A stretch of DNA of 64,000 nucleotides from an uncultured Planctomycetota bacterium (lineage in GTDB: Bacteria; Planctomycetota; Planctomycetia; Pirellulales; PNKZ01). The DNA is taken from NCBI GenBank assembly GCA_963708675.1, contig CAVPTO010000003.1, positions 480,288 to 544,287 of the forward strand, in the 5' to 3' direction. The notes under the pieces are model-generated. The model made no database searches and was not told the DNA's origin. It saw only the letters and a program-made list of their open reading frames with translations. The translations under genes and the position numbers were made by a program. This document shows, piece by piece, positions 8,406 to 17,307 of the stretch. The number at the start of each line of letters is the position of its first letter. Positions within the stretch are counted from its first letter, which is position 1.

Positions 8406-9668
8406 CTAGCCGCGTCGTTCATTGACGAACTCGATCGCTTCGTCCTTCGATCGCAGCAGACCGTCGAGTTGCGCATCGCGCGCCGCCTGCAACAACTCCG
8501 CGTACTCACGTCCCGGCGAAATGCCGAGCGTCGCAAGGTCGTCGCCCGTCACGAGAGGCGGTGGGTCAAGCTGCTCGTGGGGCAGTTGCAGTTTCTGTCG
8601 ACAAAACTCAACGGCGGTGCGTTCGACGTTCGGCCGTGCCGAGTGCCAGTCGACGAGTTCGTAAGCCGGCTCGGCGGTCAACACCGGTTGAATGCGCGAC
8701 CACGGCAACGTTTCGGCGTGTTCGAGATCGCGACGGCGTCTGAGCAGCCAAGACACGCGACGATGTTCATCGTTCGACAAGCGAAGCCGTCGACGCACCG
8801 ACGACCACTGACGTTCGAGAGATGCAGGATCGAGTGTGCTCGCCTCGCCAAGTAGGCACGCGATCACCAAGGCGAAACTGGCATTTGGCAGCGCGGCGAT
8901 AACATCCATCGTGAGCGTCCAAGCGGCGTCGTCCATCGTGGCTTCGGGCAACGTGGCTGCAAGTAGACCCGTCTCGCGCAGTATTTCCAACGCTCGGCGT
9001 CGCTGATCGAGTGCAAGCATCAATCGCAGTTCTTGCGCAATGCGCTCTGCGCTGATTTCGTTGATCTCGCCTGCCATGATGCGCAGCGCCGACGCAGTGG
9101 GCTCGTCGATCGCGAAATCGAGCGTCGTTGCCATACGCACGGCGCGCAGCATCCGCAGCTTGTCTTCGGTGAAGCGCTCGCGAGGATCGCCAATCGCGCG
9201 CACGACGCGTCGTTCGAGATCGTCGCGACCGCCGACGTAGTCGATCACGCGTTGATCGATCGGATCGAAAAACAATCCGTTGATCGTGAAGTCGCGACGC
9301 CGGGCATCGTCCTCGGGCGATCCGAACGACACGCTCTCGGGGCGGTGACCTTTGCCATAGCGCTCGTCGCAGCGAAACGTCGTCACCTCGACCATGCCTT
9401 GCTTGCGGCTGCCGATGACGGCGATCACGCCGAACGCGGCGCCGATGGCAAGCGTGCGACGTGTGCCGAACACCTCCTGCACGGCTGGCGGCAGGGCGTT
9501 GGTCGCGACGTCGTAATCCTTCGGGCGACGGCTGAGCAGATGATCGCGCACGCATCCGCCGGCCCAAAGCGCCTCGAACCCGCGCTCGCGCAGACGTCGC
9601 ACCACGTCCAGCGCGAACGAGCGTTGCTCGTCGGGATCGAGTTGTGATGGTTGCGATGTTCGCTGCAT
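8406..9668 (-). CDS. cca: tRNA nucleotidyltransferase (CCA-adding enzyme) / poly(A) polymerase family protein
   Basis: GGCVRDHLLSRRPKDYDVAT head-domain motif plus RDFTINGLFFD. The ATG at 9668 (MQRTSQ..) is preferred over the TTG at 9698. Confidence 0.85.
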   Translation of the reverse strand: MQRTSQPSQLDPDEQRSFALDVVRRLRERGFEALWAGGCVRDHLLSRRPKDYDVATNALPPAVQEVFGTRRTLAIGAAFGVIAVIGSRKQGMVEVTTFRCDERYGKGHRPESVSFGSPEDDARRRDFTINGLFFDPIDQRVIDYVGGRDDLERRVVRAIGDPRERFTEDKLRMLRAVRMATTLDFAIDEPTASALRIMAGEINEISAERIAQELRLMLALDQRRRALEILRETGLLAATLPEATMDDAAWTLTMDVIAALPNASFALVIACLLGEASTLDPASLERQWSSVRRRLRLSNDEHRRVSWLLRRRRDLEHAETLPWSRIQPVLTAEPAYELVDWHSARPNVERTAVEFCRQKLQLPHEQLDPPPLVTGDDLATLGISPGREYAELLQAARDAQLDGLLRSKDEAIEFVNERRG

Positions 9669-9704
9669 AAGTAGCCGAGCTTTGAGGGATCGCCCCAACG
9701 CTCG

Positions 9705-9766
9705 GCGCGGGTCTCCGACCCCGCCGACACTGGGCCCGCGGGTCGGCGGGGTCTGGAGACCCGCGC
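9705..9766. repeat. Long GC-rich hairpin (about 22 bp stem)
   Basis: GCGCGGGTCTCCGACCCCGCCGAC..loop..GTCGGCGGGGTCTGGAGACCCGCGC. It sits in the divergent intergenic region between cca and the rhodanese gene. Confidence 0.7.
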
Positions 9767-9774
9767 CAGCGCGC

Positions 9775-9794
9775 GGCAGACAAGAATGTCTGCC
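9775..9794. repeat. Short hairpin GGCAGAC-aagaat-GTCTGCC
   Basis: Perfect 7 bp stem with a 6 nt loop, immediately after the 9705..9766 hairpin. Confidence 0.6.
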
Positions 9795-9844
9795 CCACCA
9801 GGATACCGTCTCACGACTGGTGGGCGAATCCTACCGTGCTTAGA

Positions 9845-10201
9845 ATGACACCCATGAGCGCCAACGAGTTCACCCTGCCGATCGAAACCGATGTTGCAAC
9901 GGTCAAAGCGAAGCTCGATGCGGGCGGGAACTTCGTGCTCGTCGACTGCCGCGAGCTCGATGAATACGAGTTGGTTCGCATTCCTGGCGCGAAGCTCGTG
10001 TCGATGAGCGAGATGGAAAGTCGCGTCGGCGAACTCGACGCCTTCCGCGACCAGAATGTGGTCGTACACTGCCATCACGGCGGGCGGAGTCTGCGTGTCG
10101 CATCGTGGCTGCGCCAGCATGGCTTCAAGCAAGCACAGAGCATGGCGGGCGGAATCGATCAGTGGGCGCAACAGATCGATACGTCAATGGCGCGGTATTG
10201 A
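9845..10201 (+). CDS. Rhodanese-domain sulfurtransferase
   Basis: ORF 9836..10201. Active-site loop is HCHHGGRS (CX4R), with upstream VDCRELDEYELVRIPGAKL. ATG candidates at 9845 and 9854. Confidence 0.85.
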   Translation: MTPMSANEFTLPIETDVATVKAKLDAGGNFVLVDCRELDEYELVRIPGAKLVSMSEMESRVGELDAFRDQNVVVHCHHGGRSLRVASWLRQHGFKQAQSMAGGIDQWAQQIDTSMARY

Positions 10202-10202
10202 G

Positions 10203-10219
10203 CGCGAAACCGCAAGCGG
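10203..10219 (+). repeat. 17-mer dispersed motif CGCGAAACCGCAAGCGG, copy 1
   Basis: Exact 17-mer starting 2 nt after the rhodanese stop. Confidence 0.7.
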
Positions 10220-10278
10220 AAGCGCGGTGCGAACCCTGCTATCGGGCGTGTGAATAGGGGCGGGAAGCGCGATCTCTC

Positions 10279-10307
10279 TTGACCGTGCTGGCAAGCGCTG
10301 TTATTTC
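10279..10307 (+). promoter_or_regulatory. Candidate sigma70-like promoter for the outer-membrane protein gene pair
   Basis: TTGACC (10279-10284), a 17 nt spacer, then TATTTC (10302-10307), about 45 nt upstream of the ATG at 10353. Pattern match only. Confidence 0.3.
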
Positions 10308-10352
10308 ATCGCACCCCCGAAGTTCCCGCACTGTCTCCGGGCGCGCTCGCGC

Positions 10353-11513
10353 ATGGGCAAATCTCACGACTTACGTCGATCGATCATCAGCGCCGCGGTC
10401 GCATGCGCGCTGAGCGTTGCGTCGGTGCGCGATGCTCGAGCCCAGCGCGTCATTTTTCCGACGCAGGCGGATCCCAACGCGCCGGTCTACACCACGCAGG
10501 CCACGACCCCGACATTCACCACGCCGACCTACACGTCGCCGAGTTTCACCACTCCGCAGTACTCATCGCCTGTTCTGCCGTACAACGGCGCCCCGTCGTA
10601 CACGACGCCCGCACCGACGGCCTTCGACCCGTATGGCAGCCCAACGCCGACGATGGCGCCCGCGCCGTACAACAGCGGCGTGCCGGCGCAAAGTGATGGG
10701 GTCTTTCCGTCGGCCATTCGCTTGCTGCAAGAAGCACGATTTGAGAGCACATACATCGCACGCACCGGCAACCAGGGTACGGCGAACAGTTTCGGCATTA
10801 TGGACGACAATCTTTACGCTTCTTTTGGATTTCCTGTTCCACGAAGCGACGCGCCGCTGCTGATCACGCCGGGATTCAACTTCCATTTCCTCGACGGTCC
10901 GAACTCGACCGGCTTGCCGAACACTGACTTGCCGCCGCAAGTTTACGACGCCTACCTGGCGACGAGCTGGCGGCCGCAGGTGACGCAGCGGTTTGCGGCC
11001 GACTTGGCATTTAGCATCGGCGTGTATAGCGACTTCAAATTCGTCGACAGCCACAGCCTGCGTATCCTCGGCCGAGGCATCGGCATTTACGCGGTCTCGC
11101 CGGCGTGGAGCGTTGCGCTCGGAGCGGTTTATCTCGATCGCTTGAGTGTCAAGCTGCTGCCGGCCGGTGGCATCATTTGGACGCCGAATCCCGATGCTCG
11201 CTATGAGATTTTGTTCCCGAACCCGAAGCTGTCGCAGCGCATCACGACTTATGGAAACACCGACTTTTGGGCTTATTTGCGTGGCGAGTACGGCGGCGGT
11301 CAGTGGACCGTGCAGCACATCACGGGTCAGCAAGACACGATCAACTACAACGATTTTCGTCTCATCATCGGCGTCGACTGGTTCAATCTGCAGCGCTTGC
11401 ACGGCAACTTCGAAGTCGGCTACGTCTTCAATCGCGAGATCCTCTATCTGGCGAGTGCACCGACGGTGAACCCGTCCGATTCGGTGATGATCAGAGCGGG
11501 ACTCTCGTACTAG
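10353..11513 (+). CDS. Putative outer-membrane beta-barrel protein, tandem paralogue 1, with Pro/Thr-rich N-terminal region
   Basis: Signal peptide ..AVACALSVASVRDARAQ. A TTP(T/Q)(F/Y)T.P-type low-complexity stretch follows. The body shows alternating-hydrophobic beta-strand-like periodicity and the C-terminus is ..IRAGLSY. It is homologous to 11596..12684 along the last ~250 aa. Confidence 0.65.
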   Translation: MGKSHDLRRSIISAAVACALSVASVRDARAQRVIFPTQADPNAPVYTTQATTPTFTTPTYTSPSFTTPQYSSPVLPYNGAPSYTTPAPTAFDPYGSPTPTMAPAPYNSGVPAQSDGVFPSAIRLLQEARFESTYIARTGNQGTANSFGIMDDNLYASFGFPVPRSDAPLLITPGFNFHFLDGPNSTGLPNTDLPPQVYDAYLATSWRPQVTQRFAADLAFSIGVYSDFKFVDSHSLRILGRGIGIYAVSPAWSVALGAVYLDRLSVKLLPAGGIIWTPNPDARYEILFPNPKLSQRITTYGNTDFWAYLRGEYGGGQWTVQHITGQQDTINYNDFRLIIGVDWFNLQRLHGNFEVGYVFNREILYLASAPTVNPSDSVMIRAGLSY

Positions 11514-11595
11514 TTGGCGACAAGCAGATGCGATGCGAAATCGGGCGATCCATTTATGCGCAAGAGACGTTGTTCTGACGTCGCAGCGGCGCGTG

Positions 11596-12684
11596 ATGTG
11601 GACGATTACGATCGCTGTGTGCGCGGTCGCCGTGGCTCGCGCTGACGACGCGTTGCTGCTACCGCCCGTTATTCCGCCCGACAGCGTGTTCTCGGACGGC
11701 CAGCGCGGGCCCCTGCCGGTGGCAATGATCCCGCCGTCTTCGGATCACGCGGAGTTTCTCACCGATCCGAAGCGGCCGACCGTGACAGGCATGCCTCCGT
11801 CGCTGCCACCGCCGCCCGATGCCGACGAGGCTGCCGCGGAGATCCCGATTCTCGGCGCCATCAGCGGCCCCGAGAAGTTCGTCAAACAGATGACGTATCG
11901 CAAAACGTTTCTGCCCCCCAGCGACTACCTGAGCATCATCGACATCGCGATCGAAGCGACGATCGCGCCGAAGAGGCTGGTGTTCGGAGCGCCGCTGTGG
12001 TTCACGCCGTTCTTCACGTTTCATTTCTTCGAAGGCACGAAGCCGTTTCCGATGACGTCGTCGACATACGACGCCGGTGGCGAGATTCGACAGGTGTACA
12101 ACGTCACGCCGCGATTGGCCGCCGACATTGCTGTTGCGCCGAGCGTTTACACCGACTTCATGAACAATCAGCCGCAGACGTTTCGCGTTGTCGGCCGCGG
12201 CGTGGCGATGTATCAGTGGTCGCCGACGACGCAGTTTGCGCTGGGAGCGACGTACCTGGGTCGCGACGACATCAAGATGCTGCCCGTCGCGGGAGTGCTA
12301 TGGCGGCCGAATCCGTTCTGGGAAGTTGACGCGCTCTTTCCGAAGCCTCGCGTGGCTTGGAGTTTCTCGCCGCCATACGTTGTCGAACAATTCTCACGCA
12401 CGAAGTACGCGCCATGGCTGGGTTTCTCACCGATCCAACAGTATTGGCTGTACTCGGCAGGCGAACTCGGCGGCAACTCGTGGACCACGGGCTACAACAA
12501 CACGGCCGACAGCCTGACCTATTACGACCTGCGCGTTTCGGTCGGTATCGAGCAGCGCGCCACGCGTGGCCCGCGAGGCCGTGTCGAGATCGGTTACGTC
12601 TTCGATCGCAAGATCTCGTTGCTCAGCGGCCCCAGCTCGCTATTGCACGATTCGTTCATGCTTCGCGGCGAGATGTCGCACTAA
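11596..12684 (+). CDS. Putative outer-membrane beta-barrel protein, tandem paralogue 2
   Basis: The ATG at 11596 gives the signal peptide MWTITIAVCAVAVARA. Matching blocks with paralogue 1: FTFHFFEGT vs FNFHFLDGP, FRVVGRGVAMYQWSP vs LRILGRGIGIYAVSP, IGYVFDRKI vs VGYVFNREI. Confidence 0.65.
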   Translation: MWTITIAVCAVAVARADDALLLPPVIPPDSVFSDGQRGPLPVAMIPPSSDHAEFLTDPKRPTVTGMPPSLPPPPDADEAAAEIPILGAISGPEKFVKQMTYRKTFLPPSDYLSIIDIAIEATIAPKRLVFGAPLWFTPFFTFHFFEGTKPFPMTSSTYDAGGEIRQVYNVTPRLAADIAVAPSVYTDFMNNQPQTFRVVGRGVAMYQWSPTTQFALGATYLGRDDIKMLPVAGVLWRPNPFWEVDALFPKPRVAWSFSPPYVVEQFSRTKYAPWLGFSPIQQYWLYSAGELGGNSWTTGYNNTADSLTYYDLRVSVGIEQRATRGPRGRVEIGYVFDRKISLLSGPSSLLHDSFMLRGEMSH

Positions 12685-12696
12685 TCAGAGCAATTA

Positions 12697-12780
12697 AACC
12701 GCGGGGAGCGCAGAGGACGCGGAGACGGCGGAGAGAATGAGCCACGGCTGAACACGGATTTCCACAGATAAGAGAAAGCT
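12697..12780. repeat. Mosaic short-module repeat (CGCGGAG/CGCAGAG and CCACAGAT modules), partial copy
   Basis: aaccgcggggagcgcagaggacgcggagacggcggagag...cacggatttccacagataagag. The same modules occur at 16870..17160 and 23090..23352. Confidence 0.6.
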
Positions 12781-13001
12781 ACAACGAAGGAACGAGGCAA
12801 GCGAGGGATGCGGCATGCCGTTTTCGAGCACTGTGCCGACATCCCTCGCTTGCGTTGACTCTCGTCGACGGACGACGAATGGTGCTGCACGGATAGTCCA
12901 ACCAACCTTCGCTGGAACCGTTGTGCCCGCGGCGGCGGCCATGAGCATGGCCGCCGCCGCAATGCACCACGAAGGAGATTGAACAGGCGTGCGCGACTCG
13001 G

Positions 13002-14153
13002 TTACCAGTAGCAACCGGTCGAGACGCCAAAGCCCACAAGGTTCAGGTTCTGGAGCGCGTTGGCATTGGCATTCGCGAAGATCACGCCCGTCGTACCTGG
13101 GATACCGGCGCCGACGACACGCGGATGCACCGCCGTACCGCCGTTGTTGAGCGACCAGTTCTGGTACTCAAGCGTGAGCCGTGCGAATACACGGTTGTTA
13201 TGCCAACGTGGCATCGTCTTGCTCCACTGCGGACCAACCTGAACTTCGTTCACGTACATGGTTCTGGCGTTGCTGGCGCCGAGGGCCAGGTTGTCTTGCA
13301 ACGCGAAGGCGCCCGTGCCAACGAAGGCTCGTTGAGCGGTGGTCGACTGATCGTTACCCCACAGCACCGAGCCGCGGTACATGCCGTAGAAGCCGATATT
13401 GCCGTACTTGCCTTGATACATCGGACGGTACCACTGCGTGGCGCCGGTCAAACCTGTGCCGTAGAACTGGCTGCCCGTCGAGGCCGATCCGGAAACGACG
13501 TTGCCAGAGGTCGGCGCGAATCCGTAGACGTTGATATTCTCGTTGTGCCGAACGCCGCCGTTGCGAACACCGAACGAGGTCAACGCGACGCTGCGAGGAA
13601 GAATAATCTGCTTCGTAACTTCCGCGTCGATGGCGTACATGTTGAACAAGCTGCTACGGCCCGTGGCGAATGAGGCCGTGCCGATCGCTCCGGTCGTCGA
13701 AGTCGCCGAGTTGTTCAACTCGAAGAACGTTGCACGAACGCCCCAACCATTTTCACCTGCAGCGCCGAGCCACACACGCGGCGCGAAACCCATGTTGCTC
13801 GCGCCTGGCGTGGCGGTCGACACGGTGAACGACCCGACGCCGCCCGGATCGGCAAACGTGAGGCTCGACGACGTGTTGTTGTTGTACATCGGCGCGATGA
13901 ACACAGCCTCGGCCCCTGCGTACACACCCTTCCACGGATCGCAGCAGCAGTAGTTTTGGCTGCAACAGCTCGAAGGCTGGCACGATTGGCAACTCGTGCA
14001 GTTGGTGCTCGGGGTGCTCGTTTCCATCGCTGCTGCCGGGTCCGCTGCATCGGCCGAGTTCATGCGTCGGCTCGTTTCCTGCGCGTAGGCCATTTGGCCC
14101 GTCGCACAGCACGCCAAAACAAATGCCCAGAGTTTCGTGTTCCGCCTGCTCAT
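13002..14153 (-). CDS. Putative outer-membrane beta-barrel protein with Cys-rich N-terminal segment
   Basis: AAGGAG Shine-Dalgarno 6 nt before the ATG at 14153. Signal peptide MSRRNTKLWAFVLACCATGQMAYAQE. CTSCQSCQPSSCCSQNYCCC has 8 Cys in 20 aa. The body is Gly/aromatic-rich and strand-like, ending ..GFGVSTGCYW with a terminal aromatic residue. Confidence 0.65.
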   Translation of the reverse strand: MSRRNTKLWAFVLACCATGQMAYAQETSRRMNSADAADPAAAMETSTPSTNCTSCQSCQPSSCCSQNYCCCDPWKGVYAGAEAVFIAPMYNNNTSSSLTFADPGGVGSFTVSTATPGASNMGFAPRVWLGAAGENGWGVRATFFELNNSATSTTGAIGTASFATGRSSLFNMYAIDAEVTKQIILPRSVALTSFGVRNGGVRHNENINVYGFAPTSGNVVSGSASTGSQFYGTGLTGATQWYRPMYQGKYGNIGFYGMYRGSVLWGNDQSTTAQRAFVGTGAFALQDNLALGASNARTMYVNEVQVGPQWSKTMPRWHNNRVFARLTLEYQNWSLNNGGTAVHPRVVGAGIPGTTGVIFANANANALQNLNLVGFGVSTGCYW

Positions 14154-14561
14154 TTCATGCTCCTTCGCGAAACTGACCACGAGCGACCGTGTTGCCGCTC
14201 GTTCTTACCATTCGCATTGCACTGCTGGCACCGACAGTAGTCGGTATGCATGCAATGCCTTGCGTTCCTATTACTGCGGATATCGGCCTCGTGCGCAATG
14301 ACCGGTCATTTCGAGCTTTGACGGAGAGAAATCCGGCACACCCCGAATAGCCGGACTTGCAACGGCCGGTGGTGACGAAGATGCCGATAATGCGCGACGA
14401 CGGTCTAGCCATCACGCGCCGAACGCCACGTTCAATCGCGCCGAAGCGCACAATCGGTACTGATCGCACTGTGCACTTTTTGAGTACTGACCGCCGACCG
14501 CGTCGGCATGTCGTGCACAATCAGTTCGGTGATGCGGGCGACGTGCGAACTGCAAATCTGA

Positions 14562-15134
14562 CTAGCGCGGAACGCGCGTCGGCTTCACGATCTTATGGCC
14601 AACGTAGGCGCCGAGGATCGCGAACGGAAAGGTGAGTGCCGCGCCGGTGAACACCAACGACCACGACGTGGGGGCGAACACCAACGCAACTAAAATCGGC
14701 AGCGTCGACACGCCGATCGCGACGCAGATGCCTTGCATGACCCAATCGCGAGCCCAGAACCCAGCGGCCGCTCCGCCCGCGAGCGCCGCAGCGCAGTAGA
14801 TGCCAAGGCGAATCGTCACGAGCATCGCCGCCGCCTTCACAAGGTCGGCCTTCTTCGCCGCGAATAGAAATGGCAACAGAATTGCCACGCGCGAGAAGAC
14901 GTAGTACGTGCTGATGCCGATGCCGACTTGCGCCCAGCGAAACTTCAGCGGCGTCTCGATCTCGACATACCCGAATTGATACGGGTCTTGCCACTCTTCG
15001 CGCGGCGCGGGCCCGTCGATCGTCGCCGTCATTGGGCCGATCGACGTATATCGCATCGTGCCGCCGCACACGGGGCAGGCGCCCAGGGTGGATTCCGTGT
15101 TGTAATAGTCGCACGATCGGCAAACGTATGGCAT
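14562..15134 (-). CDS. Membrane protein with N-terminal zinc-ribbon (CxxC..CxxC)
   Basis: MPYVCRSCDYYNTESTLGACPVCGG followed by about 4 hydrophobic segments. Confidence 0.65.
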   Translation of the reverse strand: MPYVCRSCDYYNTESTLGACPVCGGTMRYTSIGPMTATIDGPAPREEWQDPYQFGYVEIETPLKFRWAQVGIGISTYYVFSRVAILLPFLFAAKKADLVKAAAMLVTIRLGIYCAAALAGGAAAGFWARDWVMQGICVAIGVSTLPILVALVFAPTSWSLVFTGAALTFPFAILGAYVGHKIVKPTRVPR

Positions 15135-15342
15135 GACCGACGGCCCTGAACCTAGCGGCGAAAGTCGCTATTTAAGGCTAGGCCACGCGTCATGCCGTGC
15201 TTCGAGGGGGCATCCGAATCTAACGATTATGCACGTTTTGCGGCGTGAACTTTTCCCTGCCCGCTTCGGCTCTTGCTTCTCTTGGCCGTCCTGCCTTCGT
15301 CTTCTCCTGCTTCCTCTCCGTGTTCTCGGTGTCCTCCGTGGT

Positions 15343-16119
15343 TCATTTCGCCGCGCGAATTGTGTAATGATCGCTCCCCGTGCGAATCACGATCTGGCCG
15401 TCGAGGCGATAACGATCGAACACATCCAATAGCGGCTGCTGCGGCATGCTCGCGAGATGATCGGCCAACAGGAATCGCAAGATGCGCAAACGATTCTCTT
15501 CGGTGTCCGCAAACTTCAACTCATACGCGACCGGCCGCTTGTCGTAGTCGGCATCCAATTCCTTCAACGTCGTTTCGACATCCTCAGAGCTGTAGTAAGG
15601 AATCTCGATGCCGAGCAGGCCAAAGCCAACGGTCCACACCTCCATCAGCGAGTTCGACATCGCCGCGATGGCCGCCACGAACACCCCCGACTTTGAGAGA
15701 GCGCCGATTAAGCGTTCTAACTGCCCGCGCAGATCGGTGACGTAATACAGGCAATGGTTCGCGAGAATGACATCGAAGCAAGCGACGGCGTCTTTCGGCA
15801 ATGTCGCTGCGTTTGCGATCGGCTTCGTTGTGTACTTGCTGAGACGTTCGACCGCGCTCTGTCGCCACAGATCGACAGGTTCGACAAGCGTCAATTCCAG
15901 ACGCTGCGGCGACCAATCGACCAACGTCAGAAATCGCTCGGTGAAGTTCCCGCTGCCGCAACCGAAGTCGAGCATCCTAATCGACCCTGTGGCCGGGATG
16001 AGCTTCTCCAATCGCTCCGCATACGCCCGCGCATCTTTTGCCGCCTCGGTCGTGTGCGTCTCGAAGAACGCATAATCGTCGGCGATGGGGCCGAAGTCTT
16101 TCGCGGGCTGCTTGCTCAT
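15343..16119 (-). CDS. Class I SAM-dependent methyltransferase
   Basis: Motif I is MLDFGCGSGNFT. The start overlaps the stop of the upstream DUF72 gene by 4 nt (16116-16119). Confidence 0.8.
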   Translation of the reverse strand: MSKQPAKDFGPIADDYAFFETHTTEAAKDARAYAERLEKLIPATGSIRMLDFGCGSGNFTERFLTLVDWSPQRLELTLVEPVDLWRQSAVERLSKYTTKPIANAATLPKDAVACFDVILANHCLYYVTDLRGQLERLIGALSKSGVFVAAIAAMSNSLMEVWTVGFGLLGIEIPYYSSEDVETTLKELDADYDKRPVAYELKFADTEENRLRILRFLLADHLASMPQQPLLDVFDRYRLDGQIVIRTGSDHYTIRAAK

Positions 16120-16823
16120 CTCTTGGGTGTTGCCAACTCCAAGAACCGCTTGGCGAGTGTTGGGCCTGTCGCTTGGTCTTCGTGCTTGAAGAAGAGAAAC
16201 ACGTCGCCGAGATCATGCTTTCGTAGACGCTTGATCCAAGCCTTCAGCTCGGCGTCGCTGTATTCGACGGCTCGCAGTCGCAGATAGATCCAATCGGCCG
16301 TCACCTCGAACGGCACCTTCAGATCGTCATCCGCTTCGGCAACGCACAACGCGACATGATGCTTCCGGAGCAGCGCGAACACTTCGTCGTTGAACCACGA
16401 CTCATGCCGAAACTCGAACGCGGCCCTGCACCGTCGCGGCAGCAACTTGAGAAACACGCTCAGCCGGGGCACGTCGCACTTGAAGTTCGGCGGCAATTGA
16501 AACAGCACCGGCCCCAGCCGCTTCTTCAACTTCGCCGCAACCTCAAGAAACTCTTTCAGCGCCTCGCCGCAGTCGTTGAGCCGCTTCATGTGCGTGATCC
16601 GCTGCGGCGCCTTCAGCGCGAACTTGAACTCCATCGGCACCGCGCTCATCCACGTTTCAAGCATCGCCTCGGTCGGCAACGTTCGAAATGTGTAGTTCAC
16701 CTCGACCGTTCCAAAGTGTTCGCCGTAGAACCGCAGCATGTCCTTCGCCGCGAACTTCTCCGGATAGAACTTCCCCTTCCACTCCTTGTACGAATAGCCA
16801 CTCGTGCCGACGTGGAGGTTCAT
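16116..16823 (-). CDS. DUF72 (YecE-like) family protein
   Basis: N-terminus MNLHVGTSGYSYKEWKGKFYPE and ..LGPVLFQLPPNF are characteristic of DUF72. Confidence 0.8.
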   Translation of the reverse strand: MNLHVGTSGYSYKEWKGKFYPEKFAAKDMLRFYGEHFGTVEVNYTFRTLPTEAMLETWMSAVPMEFKFALKAPQRITHMKRLNDCGEALKEFLEVAAKLKKRLGPVLFQLPPNFKCDVPRLSVFLKLLPRRCRAAFEFRHESWFNDEVFALLRKHHVALCVAEADDDLKVPFEVTADWIYLRLRAVEYSDAELKAWIKRLRKHDLGDVFLFFKHEDQATGPTLAKRFLELATPKR

Positions 16824-16869
16824 GATCGCGAGGTTAGCGGAACGATCGGTGAAGTTTCAAGGCAAAAGT

Positions 16870-17160
16870 GGAGGAAACCACGGAGGCACGAAGGGCGAAA
16901 CCGAAGAGTTGACCGCGGAGGTCGCGGAGAACGCAGATGAATGAGGGAAGGAACCACAGATGCACACGGATGAACACAGATAAGAGAGATGCAGGAATCA
17001 AAGTCGATAATTGTTTCTTCTGATTCATCTGTGGAAATCGGTGTGCATCTGTGGTTCATTTCTTTGCGGCTGTTTTTCGTGTTGCAATCCGTGCCTTCGC
17101 GCCTCCGTGGTCGTTTTCTGAGATTGAACTCTGCGAGCTCTGCGTTCTCTGCGGTTCGTT
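16870..17160. repeat. Mosaic inverted-repeat region built from short modules around an AT-rich centre
   Basis: AACCACGGAGGCACGAAGG (16876) pairs with CCGTGCCTTCGCGCCTCCGTGGT (17089). AACCACAGATGCACAC (16951) pairs with GTGTGCATCTGTGGTT (17041). GCGGAG/GCAGAG modules occur on both sides. Confidence 0.7.
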
Positions 17161-17166
17161 TTTGAA

Positions 17167-17209
17167 GGGGTTATTGCGCGAGAACCCGTGTCTATAGGGT
17201 GCGCAATAA
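17167..17209. repeat. 43 bp element containing palindrome TTATTGCGCG..GCGCAATAA
   Basis: ggggTTATTGCGCGAGAACCCGTGTCTATAGGGTGCGCAATAA. The exact reverse complement is present at 23043..23085. Confidence 0.85.
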
Positions 17210-17238
17210 CTCGACGGCGAAAACGAGAAGCGAAGGCG

Positions 17239-17255
17239 CGCGAAACCGCAAGCGG
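17239..17255 (+). repeat. 17-mer CGCGAAACCGCAAGCGG, copy 2
   Basis: Exact 17-mer about 50 nt downstream of the sucD stop. Confidence 0.7.
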
Positions 17256-17307
17256 TGAGGCGATGGGCGAAGGAAGGTCGCGGTCGAAGAGAGAAGAAAA
17301 CAGAGCG

